Shown here piece after piece: positions 27,576 through 35,955 of a stretch of DNA of 64,000 nt; the first letter of the stretch is position 1, and every line of letters starts with the position of its first letter. The notes under the pieces are model-generated. The model was given only the letters and a program-made list of their open reading frames with translations, ran no database searches and was not told the DNA's origin. Source of the stretch: Bacteroidales bacterium. Lineage in GTDB: Bacteria; Bacteroidota; Bacteroidia; Bacteroidales; UBA1402. The position numbers and the translations under genes are program-made. Where the stretch lies: positions 409 through 64,408 of the forward strand of contig JAQUTN010000001.1 in the NCBI GenBank assembly GCA_028694375.1, given 5' to 3'.

Positions 27576-28055
27576 GTGTTGGATACGCTCGATCACTACG
27601 GTATTAAGGCCACTTTCTTTTGCGTGGGCGAAAATGTGGCCCGCTATCCCGATTTGTTTGAGCAAATCAAAACCCGAGGGCATCAAAGGGGCAACCACTC
27701 TTACAATCACCTGCGGGCATTCAGAACAGATCTGGCAGGCTATCTGGCTAATGTCGAAAAAGCCGACAAACTGATAGGGAGTAAATTGTTTCGTCCCCCA
27801 CACGGGGAATTGACTTATGCTCAGTATCGTGAGCTCAGAAAAAAATACGAATTGGTGCAATGGGATGTCATTTCCCGGGATTACAATGCCAAACTAAGCC
27901 CCAATGAAGTTTTTGATATTGTAAGGAAAGGTGTCAGAAAGGGTTCTATTCTTGTTTTTCACGATTCGCTAAAGGCGGAAAAAAATCTTAGGGCAGTCTT
28001 ACCTGAATTCATTGAGTTTTGTCTGGCGCAAGGCTATAAATTTGATGTGCTTTGA
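27576..28055 (+). CDS. Polysaccharide deacetylase (CE4 / NodB-homology) family protein; true start probably upstream
   Basis: The ORF-track start is GTG 27576. The same frame is open upstream and encodes ...WRKSFAGNKIYLTFDDGPIPGLTPW, which includes the catalytic TFDDG motif. No ATG, GTG or TTG lies upstream of it in that frame. Downstream motifs HSYNH and RPPHGE are present. Confidence 0.75.
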   Translation: MLDTLDHYGIKATFFCVGENVARYPDLFEQIKTRGHQRGNHSYNHLRAFRTDLAGYLANVEKADKLIGSKLFRPPHGELTYAQYRELRKKYELVQWDVISRDYNAKLSPNEVFDIVRKGVRKGSILVFHDSLKAEKNLRAVLPEFIEFCLAQGYKFDVL

Positions 28056-29551
28056 CCTTGTCCTTGCTTTTTTGAGCGACGGCTTCGATGTTTTCGATTG
28101 TGATTTAGTACTTCTGCTACACAGAGGGCTTTATCAAAAGAGCGCGCTTCTGAGTATTCTTCCGCTATCCGGCTGAGGATTTCTTCGTTTAAACATAGTC
28201 TTTCGAAATTCTTACAGCCTTTTTTTAGGCCCACCCGTCCAAAGCGCATGCGATTCAGGTCGATTACCTGCAGAAGCACTTCGTGTTTATTAATTTCGTA
28301 TAAGAGATTCCCCGAGGAATAGTCCTTATGCAAAATACCCAGGTCGTGGAGTTTTGCGGTAAAAACAGCGATTCCCCTTACCAGTTTGTCGACTTCCTTA
28401 GCCGGAGTTTCGGCACAAAGATCGTAAAGATGATTGTGGAAGGTGGATTTGAGGCTGATGAAATAACTCTTGTATAAGATGAGGCCTTTTTTTATTTCAA
28501 TATAGGCCAGTGGCTGAGGGGTATTAATGCCGTAGCTCCTGAGTTTCAGGGCGTATTTATACGCTCTTTTGGCTTTTGAAGCCCGAATATTTCCGTAAAT
28601 AATCCTATTGATAAACAGGGGATTACCATAGGATTTTACCACAACATCCAGATCCTGAACAAGGTAACTTTTTATGGTATTTCTGGCTTGAAACATCAAG
28701 TCTCCCGTTGTTTCAAATTGTTCGTGCAGAGAAGAAATGAAAGGATACAGCTTGTTATAATCCTTGTGAAGAACTATTTTTTTGGACTCCAATAAATTGG
28801 TTATTGAATTAAAGAATTTGGAATAGGTTCTGTTGTAATGCAGTTTACCTTTGAGTTCTCTTTCAAAAAAATCGGCATGGCGCTTATTTAGAATATCGAT
28901 TACCTGTCTCTTCTTTTTTCTGTCGGTTACCCTTCTGGAACTTTTTCTGTAGCGATAATAAAAGCCGGTTAAGTTAAGGCGAACTACTTCACCTCCGTTT
29001 TTGAGCATGGAAATCCAGAAATCCCAGTCTTCTCGTCCGGGAATATAAGTGCAATAGCCGCCGCAGGCAGCCCAGTCTCTTTTGCGGAACATGGCGCAGA
29101 CACTGAGTATGTTTTTTCTGGCCAGCAAGGATGGAGAATAGTTCGGTAAGAGCCATTCCCCTGTTTTATCGCCAAAAAATTCAGCCCGGGCTGTGACTGC
29201 CTTTACCGAATCTTGCTTAAGCAACACTTCGACGGCTTTTTCCAAATAATCCCTATGTATCAGGTCGTCTGCATCTACAGGCAGTATATATTCTCCTTGC
29301 GCCATTTCGATCGCTGCATTTCTGGCTGCAGACACACCGGCATTGGCCTGGGTTTGTACCCGGATGTTGGGGTGGTTTGCTGCATATTCCCTGGCTATCT
29401 GCAATGATCTGTCTGTAGAGCCGTCGTCCATAATAATAAGCTCAAAGGGGGAATAGCCCGATTTAAGAATAGAATCAAGACATTCCGCCAAATAGGCTTC
29501 CATATTGTAAACCGGGACTATTACAGAGATCAAAGGCTTTTCCATAGTCAT
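28034..29551 (-). CDS. Bifunctional glycosyltransferase family 2 / lipopolysaccharide (Kdo/WaaP/InaA-type) kinase fusion protein
   Basis: 505 aa. The N-terminus ISVIVPVYNMEAYLAECLDSILKSGYSPFELIIMDDGSTDRS plus a DAD motif indicates GT2. The C-terminus LHDLGILHKDYSSGNLLY...VIDLNRMRFG matches the catalytic loop and metal-binding Asp of the Kdo/WaaP kinase family. Confidence 0.85.
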   Translation of the reverse strand: MTMEKPLISVIVPVYNMEAYLAECLDSILKSGYSPFELIIMDDGSTDRSLQIAREYAANHPNIRVQTQANAGVSAARNAAIEMAQGEYILPVDADDLIHRDYLEKAVEVLLKQDSVKAVTARAEFFGDKTGEWLLPNYSPSLLARKNILSVCAMFRKRDWAACGGYCTYIPGREDWDFWISMLKNGGEVVRLNLTGFYYRYRKSSRRVTDRKKKRQVIDILNKRHADFFERELKGKLHYNRTYSKFFNSITNLLESKKIVLHKDYNKLYPFISSLHEQFETTGDLMFQARNTIKSYLVQDLDVVVKSYGNPLFINRIIYGNIRASKAKRAYKYALKLRSYGINTPQPLAYIEIKKGLILYKSYFISLKSTFHNHLYDLCAETPAKEVDKLVRGIAVFTAKLHDLGILHKDYSSGNLLYEINKHEVLLQVIDLNRMRFGRVGLKKGCKNFERLCLNEEILSRIAEEYSEARSFDKALCVAEVLNHNRKHRSRRSKKQGQGQSTSNL

Positions 29552-29571
29552 GTCGTAAAATAAACAGCCGG

Positions 29572-30291
29572 TTAAATTTTGTCGCGCTGCTTAAGAATTT
29601 TCTGGAAGTAATACTTCCAGGGACGGGAATATTTCAATTGTTTCCAGGGTCTGCTGCTGTGTGGCTTATGCAGAACCGGCAGCTCTGTCATCAGGTAATT
29701 GCTAAAACCAAGTTTAAGCGATTTATGTGAAATAAATACATCGAACCAGGATTTGTCCGGATCAAGGAGTTCAAAATTATATGTTGATAAGAGCTTGTTG
29801 CTTAGAATAGAGCAACAAAAACTCAATCGTTTACGGGTTTTGATGGTTGACGAAGGGTAAGAAGAAGCGTAGAGGTAGGGGAAATTGATGGCTCCATTTT
29901 CATCAACCGTAACAGCGGCCACCACTCCGGGATTGTGCAAGCCGACACTGGCTGTATGCATTTTCTTTATGGTTTCCGGTTTTACGCAGACGTCCGATTC
30001 AATGATCATCAGGTCTGCTCCTGCAGCCAGGGCTTTCTTTTGAGCAAGTTGCAATACCAGCCGGTAATTGGGCGAGGGAGTTGTTGTCAGATCTTCCAGG
30101 TGTACCAGGCCAAAACCGAGCTCCAAGGCTAATTCGTCGAGAAGTTTCTTGTTGTCTGTCGTACTGAAATCGTTGTAAACAGTATAAGAACAGGAAGCGG
30201 GCAAGTCCGATCCCATTATGGCTCTTATGCTACCGGCTGTAGTTTCGTAGGAGTCTTTGACCGGGGTAATGATGTGCAAAGGCTTAGGCAT
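29572..30291 (-). CDS. Putative GT-A-fold glycosyltransferase-like protein
   Basis: 239 aa. The N-terminus HIITPVKDSYETT...YTVYNDFSTTDN and an ESD motif resemble divergent GT2-like enzymes. The assignment is weak. Confidence 0.55.
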   Translation of the reverse strand: MPKPLHIITPVKDSYETTAGSIRAIMGSDLPASCSYTVYNDFSTTDNKKLLDELALELGFGLVHLEDLTTTPSPNYRLVLQLAQKKALAAGADLMIIESDVCVKPETIKKMHTASVGLHNPGVVAAVTVDENGAINFPYLYASSYPSSTIKTRKRLSFCCSILSNKLLSTYNFELLDPDKSWFDVFISHKSLKLGFSNYLMTELPVLHKPHSSRPWKQLKYSRPWKYYFQKILKQRDKI

Positions 30292-30292
30292 T

Positions 30293-30688
30293 CTATTGCA
30301 AAGACTTGGTGATTTTTTCGACTATAGCCCTCATTTCTTCCGTGGTCGGATTGAGTTTGGGTTTAGAAAAAAGCATATCCGTCTCTTTATTTATGGGAAT
30401 CAGATGGATGTGCGCATGAGGAACCTCCATGCCCACAACAGCCATCCCAATGCGTTTGCAGGGTAGGGAGGTTTTTAAAGCCAATGCAATCTTTTTGGCA
30501 AAGACCATCATTGCTGCCAGCTCCTGATCGTCAATATCGAACAGGTAATCTGTTTCCTTTTTGGGTATCACCAGTGTATGTCCCGGCATTAGGGGATGTA
30601 TGTCCAGAAAGGCAAAAAAATGTTCGTCTTCTGCAATTTTGTATGAGGGAATTTCACCCGCTACGATTTTGCTGAAAATACTGGCCAT
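30293..30688 (-). CDS. HIT (histidine triad) family protein
   Basis: 131 aa with the histidine triad HAHIHLIP and the N-terminus IFSKIVAGEIPSYKI. Confidence 0.92.
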   Translation of the reverse strand: MASIFSKIVAGEIPSYKIAEDEHFFAFLDIHPLMPGHTLVIPKKETDYLFDIDDQELAAMMVFAKKIALALKTSLPCKRIGMAVVGMEVPHAHIHLIPINKETDMLFSKPKLNPTTEEMRAIVEKITKSLQ

Positions 30689-30695
30689 GACTGTA

Positions 30696-31172
30696 TTATT
30701 TTGCGTGTTCTATTTTCTTGATCCTGTAGGACATAATGCCTGCGGGTACTATAATATCGACGGCTTCTCCTTCTTTTTTACCGAAAAGGCCCTGAGCTAT
30801 GGGTGAACTGACCGAAATTTTCTTTTCTTTGAGATTGGCTTCGCTGTCGGGAACTATGGTGTACTGAATTTCCTGATTTGTTTTCAGGTTGAGAAGATGA
30901 ACGCTGGTGAGTATTTGAACCGTTTCGATGCTAATTTTGCTTTCGTCCAGAATACGGGCATTACGGATTAATTCTTTGAGGTTGGCAATTTTCATTTCCA
31001 ACATTCCCTGAGCATCTTTGGCTGCGTCGTATTCGGCATTTTCCGAAAGATCACCTTTGTCGCGTGCTTCTGCTATTTGCTTTGCGATGTAGGGACGTTC
31101 TACTGATTCCAGCTGCTCCAGTTCTTCTTTCAATTTTTTCAGACCATTTTCGGTCATGTAATTCGTTGCCAT
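30696..31172 (-). CDS. greA: Transcription elongation factor GreA
   Basis: 158 aa with the N-terminal coiled coil (AEARDKGDLSENAEYDAAKD) and the C-terminal FKBP-like domain. Confidence 0.95.
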   Translation of the reverse strand: MATNYMTENGLKKLKEELEQLESVERPYIAKQIAEARDKGDLSENAEYDAAKDAQGMLEMKIANLKELIRNARILDESKISIETVQILTSVHLLNLKTNQEIQYTIVPDSEANLKEKKISVSSPIAQGLFGKKEGEAVDIIVPAGIMSYRIKKIEHAK

Positions 31173-31337
31173 ATTCGAAACCTAAACTTTCAAAGGGATT
31201 AAACAAAAAGAATCCCGGCAAAAAGCCGGAACTCCTCTCAAAATGAGGTTCAAAGATATGTAATTCTTAGAGATATAAAAAATTTTCAGCCCTGTTTTAA
31301 AACATAGCCCGACAAAAGAAGCCTAAAAACTTTGGAT

Positions 31338-32483
31338 TTAAAGCAACTTTTGTATGGCTTCGTCCAAATTTTGTATGGTTTCGTCTCTGCCGGCCAAATT
31401 GCCCTGTTTGTCTATAAGAAAATAACTGGGTAAGTTACTGACGTTATACATCGAAAGATAGGCCGAGTTTTGCAGATTTTTGTCGCGGACGCAAATCCAG
31501 GGTAAATTCAAGGCTCCGGTTTTCCAGAAATGTTCGTCGGGGTCAAGCGACACTTGGTATATTTCAAAACCGTATATTTCATACCTATTGTACAATTCTC
31601 TCATTTGAATAGTACGAGCTGCCGAATAGTCTGCCTGAAACGCAGTGAAGTCCAACAATATAACCTTGCCTTCGAGGCTGGATAAGGGTATATTTTGACC
31701 AAAAACATTGGGCAGGTTAATTTCGAAAAACCTGAGAGCGTCAATTTCAATAACAGGGATATCTTCGGGTGTGATGCGCTGCTTGCGGATGCTACTCATA
31801 CCTTGCATGGTCAGATTGACCAGTTGCCGGGTTCTCCCGGCATGGGGAAAATGCACATTCCAGGCAGTGGCGACGGCCGCAAAATGACGATTGTCCTGGT
31901 CGGAAAAGGGGTCGAAAATCAACAATTTATGAATACGCTGGAACAGTGCAAAATAAGCTACAGGCGAAGCCGGATTGGAAAAAATATAATCTTGTGCTTG
32001 TTTTTTGTGTTTGTCTATGCAATTCAACACCAGATCGATGTACGCTTCTTCTTCTACTTTTTTGTTATTGAAAAGGCTTTGGATGGAGTCGTATTGCCTT
32101 CGCGTATGGCTTTGCAATAAAGCCAGTTCCTGCATCTGGATACAATAGTCGGAGCCGCTCAGACGGTAGCTTGTTGAAAAGTTCTCTGCAGAGGCTTCGA
32201 TGCTGATGTGCACTGCTGAATCAACGGCCAGAAAGATGCGCTGCCGGTCAAGGCGCAGACGATAAAATTCAGGATAATCCGGCAGAGGGGCTTTGAATTT
32301 GAAATCACCCTGCTCATCCAATACAACAGAGTCGATGATAGCAGTGTTGCTTAGTCCAAATAATTCAAAATATAAGGTCTTGCTTTCGGCATTTTGAACA
32401 TTGCCTTCCACAATAAAGTTTGCATTGTCCGAACAAGCCTGTAATAAAATAAGCAAGCCTGTTATAAAAGATAAATTTCTCAT
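31338..32483 (-). CDS. Lipoprotein with DUF4369-like N-terminal domain and TlpA/AhpC-like thioredoxin fold lacking the CxxC motif
   Basis: 381 aa with lipobox LLQAC. The C-terminus GKVILLDFTAFQADYSAAR...VSLDPDEHFW...PSYFLIDKQGNLAGR aligns to TlpA-like proteins, but the WCGPC position reads ADYSA. Confidence 0.8.
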   Translation of the reverse strand: MRNLSFITGLLILLQACSDNANFIVEGNVQNAESKTLYFELFGLSNTAIIDSVVLDEQGDFKFKAPLPDYPEFYRLRLDRQRIFLAVDSAVHISIEASAENFSTSYRLSGSDYCIQMQELALLQSHTRRQYDSIQSLFNNKKVEEEAYIDLVLNCIDKHKKQAQDYIFSNPASPVAYFALFQRIHKLLIFDPFSDQDNRHFAAVATAWNVHFPHAGRTRQLVNLTMQGMSSIRKQRITPEDIPVIEIDALRFFEINLPNVFGQNIPLSSLEGKVILLDFTAFQADYSAARTIQMRELYNRYEIYGFEIYQVSLDPDEHFWKTGALNLPWICVRDKNLQNSAYLSMYNVSNLPSYFLIDKQGNLAGRDETIQNLDEAIQKLL

Positions 32484-32547
32484 TTACTATGATTAATGAA
32501 AGTGAAGGGCAAAATTATAAAAAAAAAGAATACCCACACAGCCGGTT

Positions 32548-33249
32548 TTAAAGATCTTTGTTTTCCAACAATAAGTTGTGCAGCTTTTTTATACCCTCCG
32601 AGGCCGGTAATTTGATATGGATTATACCAGGGAATCTGCATAAAGTCAGTTCTTCGGGATCTATCACATAAGAGGGACTCCTCCGGGGTACAAGATGCAA
32701 TAAGCCTGCAGCCGGATACACCACCAAAGAGCTACCAATCACGGCAAAATAATCTGCTTGTCTCACCAAATCCATGGCCGGATCTATCATAGTCACCATT
32801 TCGTGAAACCACACTATATGCGGACGTAACTGATCTCCATAGGGTGTACAATCTCCCATACGGACTTCGTAGTCCTCGGGTTTGAGCTCTAGCACGTATT
32901 CTGAATGCTTTTCTCCTCTCACTTTGGTCAATTCACCGTGCAAATGTAAGACCTTGCTGCTGCCGGCACGTTCATGCAAATTGTCAACATTTTGAGTGAT
33001 TATGTGCAGGTCGAATGATTTTTCCATGGCTGCCAGTTCATAGTGGCCGGCATTGGGCTCAACCTCGAGGAGTTGCTTACGGCGTTTGTTGTAAAATTGG
33101 GTCACCAGTGCCGGATTGGTTTTCCAGCCCTCGGGGGTTGCCACCATTTCTATAGGGTATTCCTCCCATAAACCGCCCGATCCCCGAAAGGTTCTGATGC
33201 CACTTTCGGCGCTCATGCCTGCGCCGGTCAATACTACCAGTTTTTTCAT
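32548..33249 (-). CDS. cobB: NAD-dependent protein deacylase (Sir2/CobB family)
   Basis: 233 aa with GAGMSAESGIRTFRG, QNVDNLHERAG and the catalytic LHG(E) His, plus the Rossmann C-terminus. Confidence 0.88.
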   Translation of the reverse strand: MKKLVVLTGAGMSAESGIRTFRGSGGLWEEYPIEMVATPEGWKTNPALVTQFYNKRRKQLLEVEPNAGHYELAAMEKSFDLHIITQNVDNLHERAGSSKVLHLHGELTKVRGEKHSEYVLELKPEDYEVRMGDCTPYGDQLRPHIVWFHEMVTMIDPAMDLVRQADYFAVIGSSLVVYPAAGLLHLVPRRSPSYVIDPEELTLCRFPGIIHIKLPASEGIKKLHNLLLENKDL

Positions 33250-34256
33250 AATTCAGTGTGTGAAAACCGGGCATAAACACTCAAGGGTAAGCTACGGCCG
33301 GCTTGGTCGTTAATGGCTAGTTCACCCGATTCAATGTGTTGTACATAAGGGAAATACTCTCCAAGTATATTTCGGGCAACGGAGGCAGAAAAGCCCATGG
33401 AATACAAATTGAGAACAAGGAATGCTCTTTTAGGATCGAGCAACTCTCTGCAAGCTTCCATCAGGGGAACGATGCCTTCTTCCAGTATCCATTTTTCTCC
33501 CTCGGGTCCTCTGCCGTAGGCAGGAGGATCAAGGATGATGCCCTGATACTTTTTGCCTCTCCGGGCTTCTCTGCGAACATACTTCAAGGCATCTTCCACT
33601 ATCCAGCGAATATTATCCAGTCCGCTGGCTTCCATGTTTTCCCTGGCCCAGCTTAGCACCTGTTTTACCGAGTCCAGATGGCTGACATCGGCCCCGCAGG
33701 CTTTGGCTGCCAGTGAAGCTCCGCCGGTATAAGCGAACAGATTCAGTACCGAGGACTGTTGTTGCTGTTGTCCTGGCTGTGGCCCTTGTTGTGGCTGCTG
33801 TTGATCATACTGTTTTTGCTCCTGCAGCTCCGGTAGTTGTTCGTGTCGTTTTTGCTCCTGTAGCAGGCTTTCGTAAATGAAATTCCAGTTAGAGGCTTGT
33901 TCCGGGAACAGCCCTACATGCTTGAAAGCTGTCATTCCCAGCCTAAAACGCAGGTAAAGATTTTTGTATTTGTAGTTGACAAACCATTGTCCGGGCATGC
34001 CGGGTTTAAGCAGCCATTCCCCTCTTTCGTTGTTTTCGGTCAAATGATCCGTTCGTGAATTTTTGTTGCCGGAAGTTTTCACAAAACTAGCCTCAGGCAG
34101 CGATGACCATTCTTTTTCGCTTAATTTCTTTGGCCAGATGGCTTGCGGCTCAGGCCTACGTAGAGTATAAGGGCCAAAGCGCTCCAATTTTTCGAAACCC
34201 CCGGTATCGATCAATTCATATTCCTGCCAATGGCCATCGGTACTTGCTGTTTGCAT
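33246..34256 (-). CDS. Class I SAM-dependent (RlmI/RlmK-like) RNA methyltransferase with Q-rich insertion
   Basis: 336 aa with motif I VLNLFAYTGGASLAA and motif IV ILDPPAYGRG. A ~38-aa Gln-rich insert sits before motif I. The 3' end overlaps the cobB start by 4 nt. Confidence 0.8.
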   Translation of the reverse strand: MQTASTDGHWQEYELIDTGGFEKLERFGPYTLRRPEPQAIWPKKLSEKEWSSLPEASFVKTSGNKNSRTDHLTENNERGEWLLKPGMPGQWFVNYKYKNLYLRFRLGMTAFKHVGLFPEQASNWNFIYESLLQEQKRHEQLPELQEQKQYDQQQPQQGPQPGQQQQQSSVLNLFAYTGGASLAAKACGADVSHLDSVKQVLSWARENMEASGLDNIRWIVEDALKYVRREARRGKKYQGIILDPPAYGRGPEGEKWILEEGIVPLMEACRELLDPKRAFLVLNLYSMGFSASVARNILGEYFPYVQHIESGELAINDQAGRSLPLSVYARFSHTEL

Positions 34257-34277
34257 AGCTTGTAAAATAAATCAACA

Positions 34278-34285
34278 CAAATGTA
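34278..34285 (-). promoter_or_regulatory. Candidate -7 box (minus strand) for the methyltransferase-cobB operon
   Basis: The plus-strand sequence caaatgta is TAcaTTTG on the minus strand, 22 nt upstream of the start at 34256. Confidence 0.4.
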
Positions 34286-34297
34286 ACAAATATCGCG

Positions 34298-34305
34298 TAT
34301 ATTTG
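34298..34305 (+). promoter_or_regulatory. Candidate -7 box for the TrmH-family gene
   Basis: tatatttg lies 29 nt upstream of the ATG at 34334 and is divergent from the previous box. Confidence 0.4.
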
Positions 34306-34333
34306 AGCTTTCAATTTCCCTAACTTATATGGC

Positions 34334-35131
34334 ATGGAACGAATAAGCAGCCTGCAGAATCCTAAGATAAAGCAATTGTTGCGTTTACAGACCAAAGCCA
34401 GAGAGCGCAAAGAACAGGATTTGGTATTGGTCGAGGGAGCCCGCGAGATACAACTTGCTCTGAGCAAGGGATATCGTCCGGAACAGCTTTTTATTTGCCC
34501 CGAACTCTCTGCCCAAAATGAATACTCCGGGCTGATAGGAGAAGTGTCGGACGAGATAAAAACAGAACTCTCTTTGCCTGTCTTCCAAAAGTTGGCTTAC
34601 AGAGAAAGTTCCGATGGCTTACTGGCCACGCTCAGGACCAAGTCTCATCTGCTCGAAGAGCTGGTTTTATCCAAACATCCTTTTGTAATAGTACTCGAAG
34701 CCGTCGAGAAACCCGGGAACCTGGGTGCAATTTTACGTACAGCCGATGCAGCTGCCGTTGATGCTGTTATCGTCTGCGATCCTTTGTGTGATCTGTACAA
34801 TCCCAATGTAGTGCGATCCAGTATTGGTTGCCTTTTTACTGTGCAGACAGCTGTTTGCAGTTCGCAACAGGCACTCGATTGGATGAAACTCCATAAAATA
34901 AAGATTCTGGCTGCTGAATTGAAGGCCTCACAATGGTATCACAATACAGATATGCGCAACAATACAGCCATAGTGATGGGAACGGAGGCCGACGGGCTGA
35001 GTCCCTTTTGGCTCAATAATGCTGATGAACGCATCAAAATTCCCATGCGTGGATACATCGATTCCCTGAACGTGTCGGTTTCGACGGCTGTACTCAGCTT
35101 TGAAGCTATGCGTCAGAGAGAATTCAGGTGA
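34334..35131 (+). CDS. TrmH/SpoU-family RNA 2'-O-methyltransferase
   Basis: 265 aa with SPOUT motifs EKPGNLGAILRTADAAAVDAVIV, IVMGTEADGLS and IPMRGYIDSLNVS. Confidence 0.88.
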   Translation: MERISSLQNPKIKQLLRLQTKARERKEQDLVLVEGAREIQLALSKGYRPEQLFICPELSAQNEYSGLIGEVSDEIKTELSLPVFQKLAYRESSDGLLATLRTKSHLLEELVLSKHPFVIVLEAVEKPGNLGAILRTADAAAVDAVIVCDPLCDLYNPNVVRSSIGCLFTVQTAVCSSQQALDWMKLHKIKILAAELKASQWYHNTDMRNNTAIVMGTEADGLSPFWLNNADERIKIPMRGYIDSLNVSVSTAVLSFEAMRQREFR

Positions 35132-35943
35132 ACCTGTTGAGCCTTAATCGAAGTAAGGCTAAAGACCGAGGCCATTTCCTGAAATTTATCTTCGGCTTCG
35201 GTGGTCAGGTAACGACAGCTCCCGCCTTTGGAGCAAAGCTCCTCAATTTCGGGATGACGTATCAGGTAATCGTCCAGACTGTCAGCTACCAGTTTTCCTT
35301 GAGTAATTATTTGTACTTCGGGCGGAGAATGCCTGCGTATTTGATGCATCAGCAGGGGATAATGGGTGCAGGCCAGCACCAGGGTGTCGATAAGCGGATC
35401 GCGTTCGAAAAGCCGGTCCAGGTCTTTCTTAACAAAATAGGAGGCTCCCGGGCTGTTGTGTTCTCCATTTTCGACCAGCGGTACCCACATCGGGCAGGCT
35501 TCCGATTCCAATTGAATATCGGGGAACAATTTATGAATTTCGATGGGATAGGAGCCCGATTGCACCGTACCCTGTGTTCCCACCAAACCCACGTGTCGCG
35601 ATTTTGTAAGGAGGCCCAGGGCTTCTGCCGTCGGCCGCAATATCCCCAATACCCTGCTGTTGTGTTCCAGGCCGGGAAGATATTGCTGCTGAATGTTGCG
35701 TAATGCTTTGGCTGAGGCTGTGTTGCAGGCAAGAATGACCAGTCGGCATCCCTGTCTGAACAAGTATTGAACTGCCTCTAAGGTAAATTGGTTTACCAAT
35801 TCAAAAGAACGATTTCCGTATGGGGTTCGTGCATTGTCTCCCAGATAGAGATAATCGTATTGTGGGAGTTTGCGACGAAATTCTTCCAGTATGGTCAGAC
35901 CGCCATAGCCGGAATCAAACACACCTATCGGCTTTGCGTTCAT
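35113..35943 (-). CDS. murI: Glutamate racemase
   Basis: 276 aa with IGVFDSGYGGLT, the catalytic-Cys motifs LACNTAS and LACTHYP. Confidence 0.95.
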   Translation of the reverse strand: MNAKPIGVFDSGYGGLTILEEFRRKLPQYDYLYLGDNARTPYGNRSFELVNQFTLEAVQYLFRQGCRLVILACNTASAKALRNIQQQYLPGLEHNSRVLGILRPTAEALGLLTKSRHVGLVGTQGTVQSGSYPIEIHKLFPDIQLESEACPMWVPLVENGEHNSPGASYFVKKDLDRLFERDPLIDTLVLACTHYPLLMHQIRRHSPPEVQIITQGKLVADSLDDYLIRHPEIEELCSKGGSCRYLTTEAEDKFQEMASVFSLTSIKAQQVHLNSL

Positions 35944-35955
35944 TCCGGAATAAGG

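Noticed and set aside
32548-33249. Sir2-domain protein as part of an anti-phage defence system (Thoeris ThsA / DSR / Sir2-HerA type)
   Set aside because: It is a short (233-aa) stand-alone CobB-type deacylase with no fused sensor or effector domains and no partner defence genes. It is embedded among housekeeping RNA-methyltransferase and cell-wall genes.
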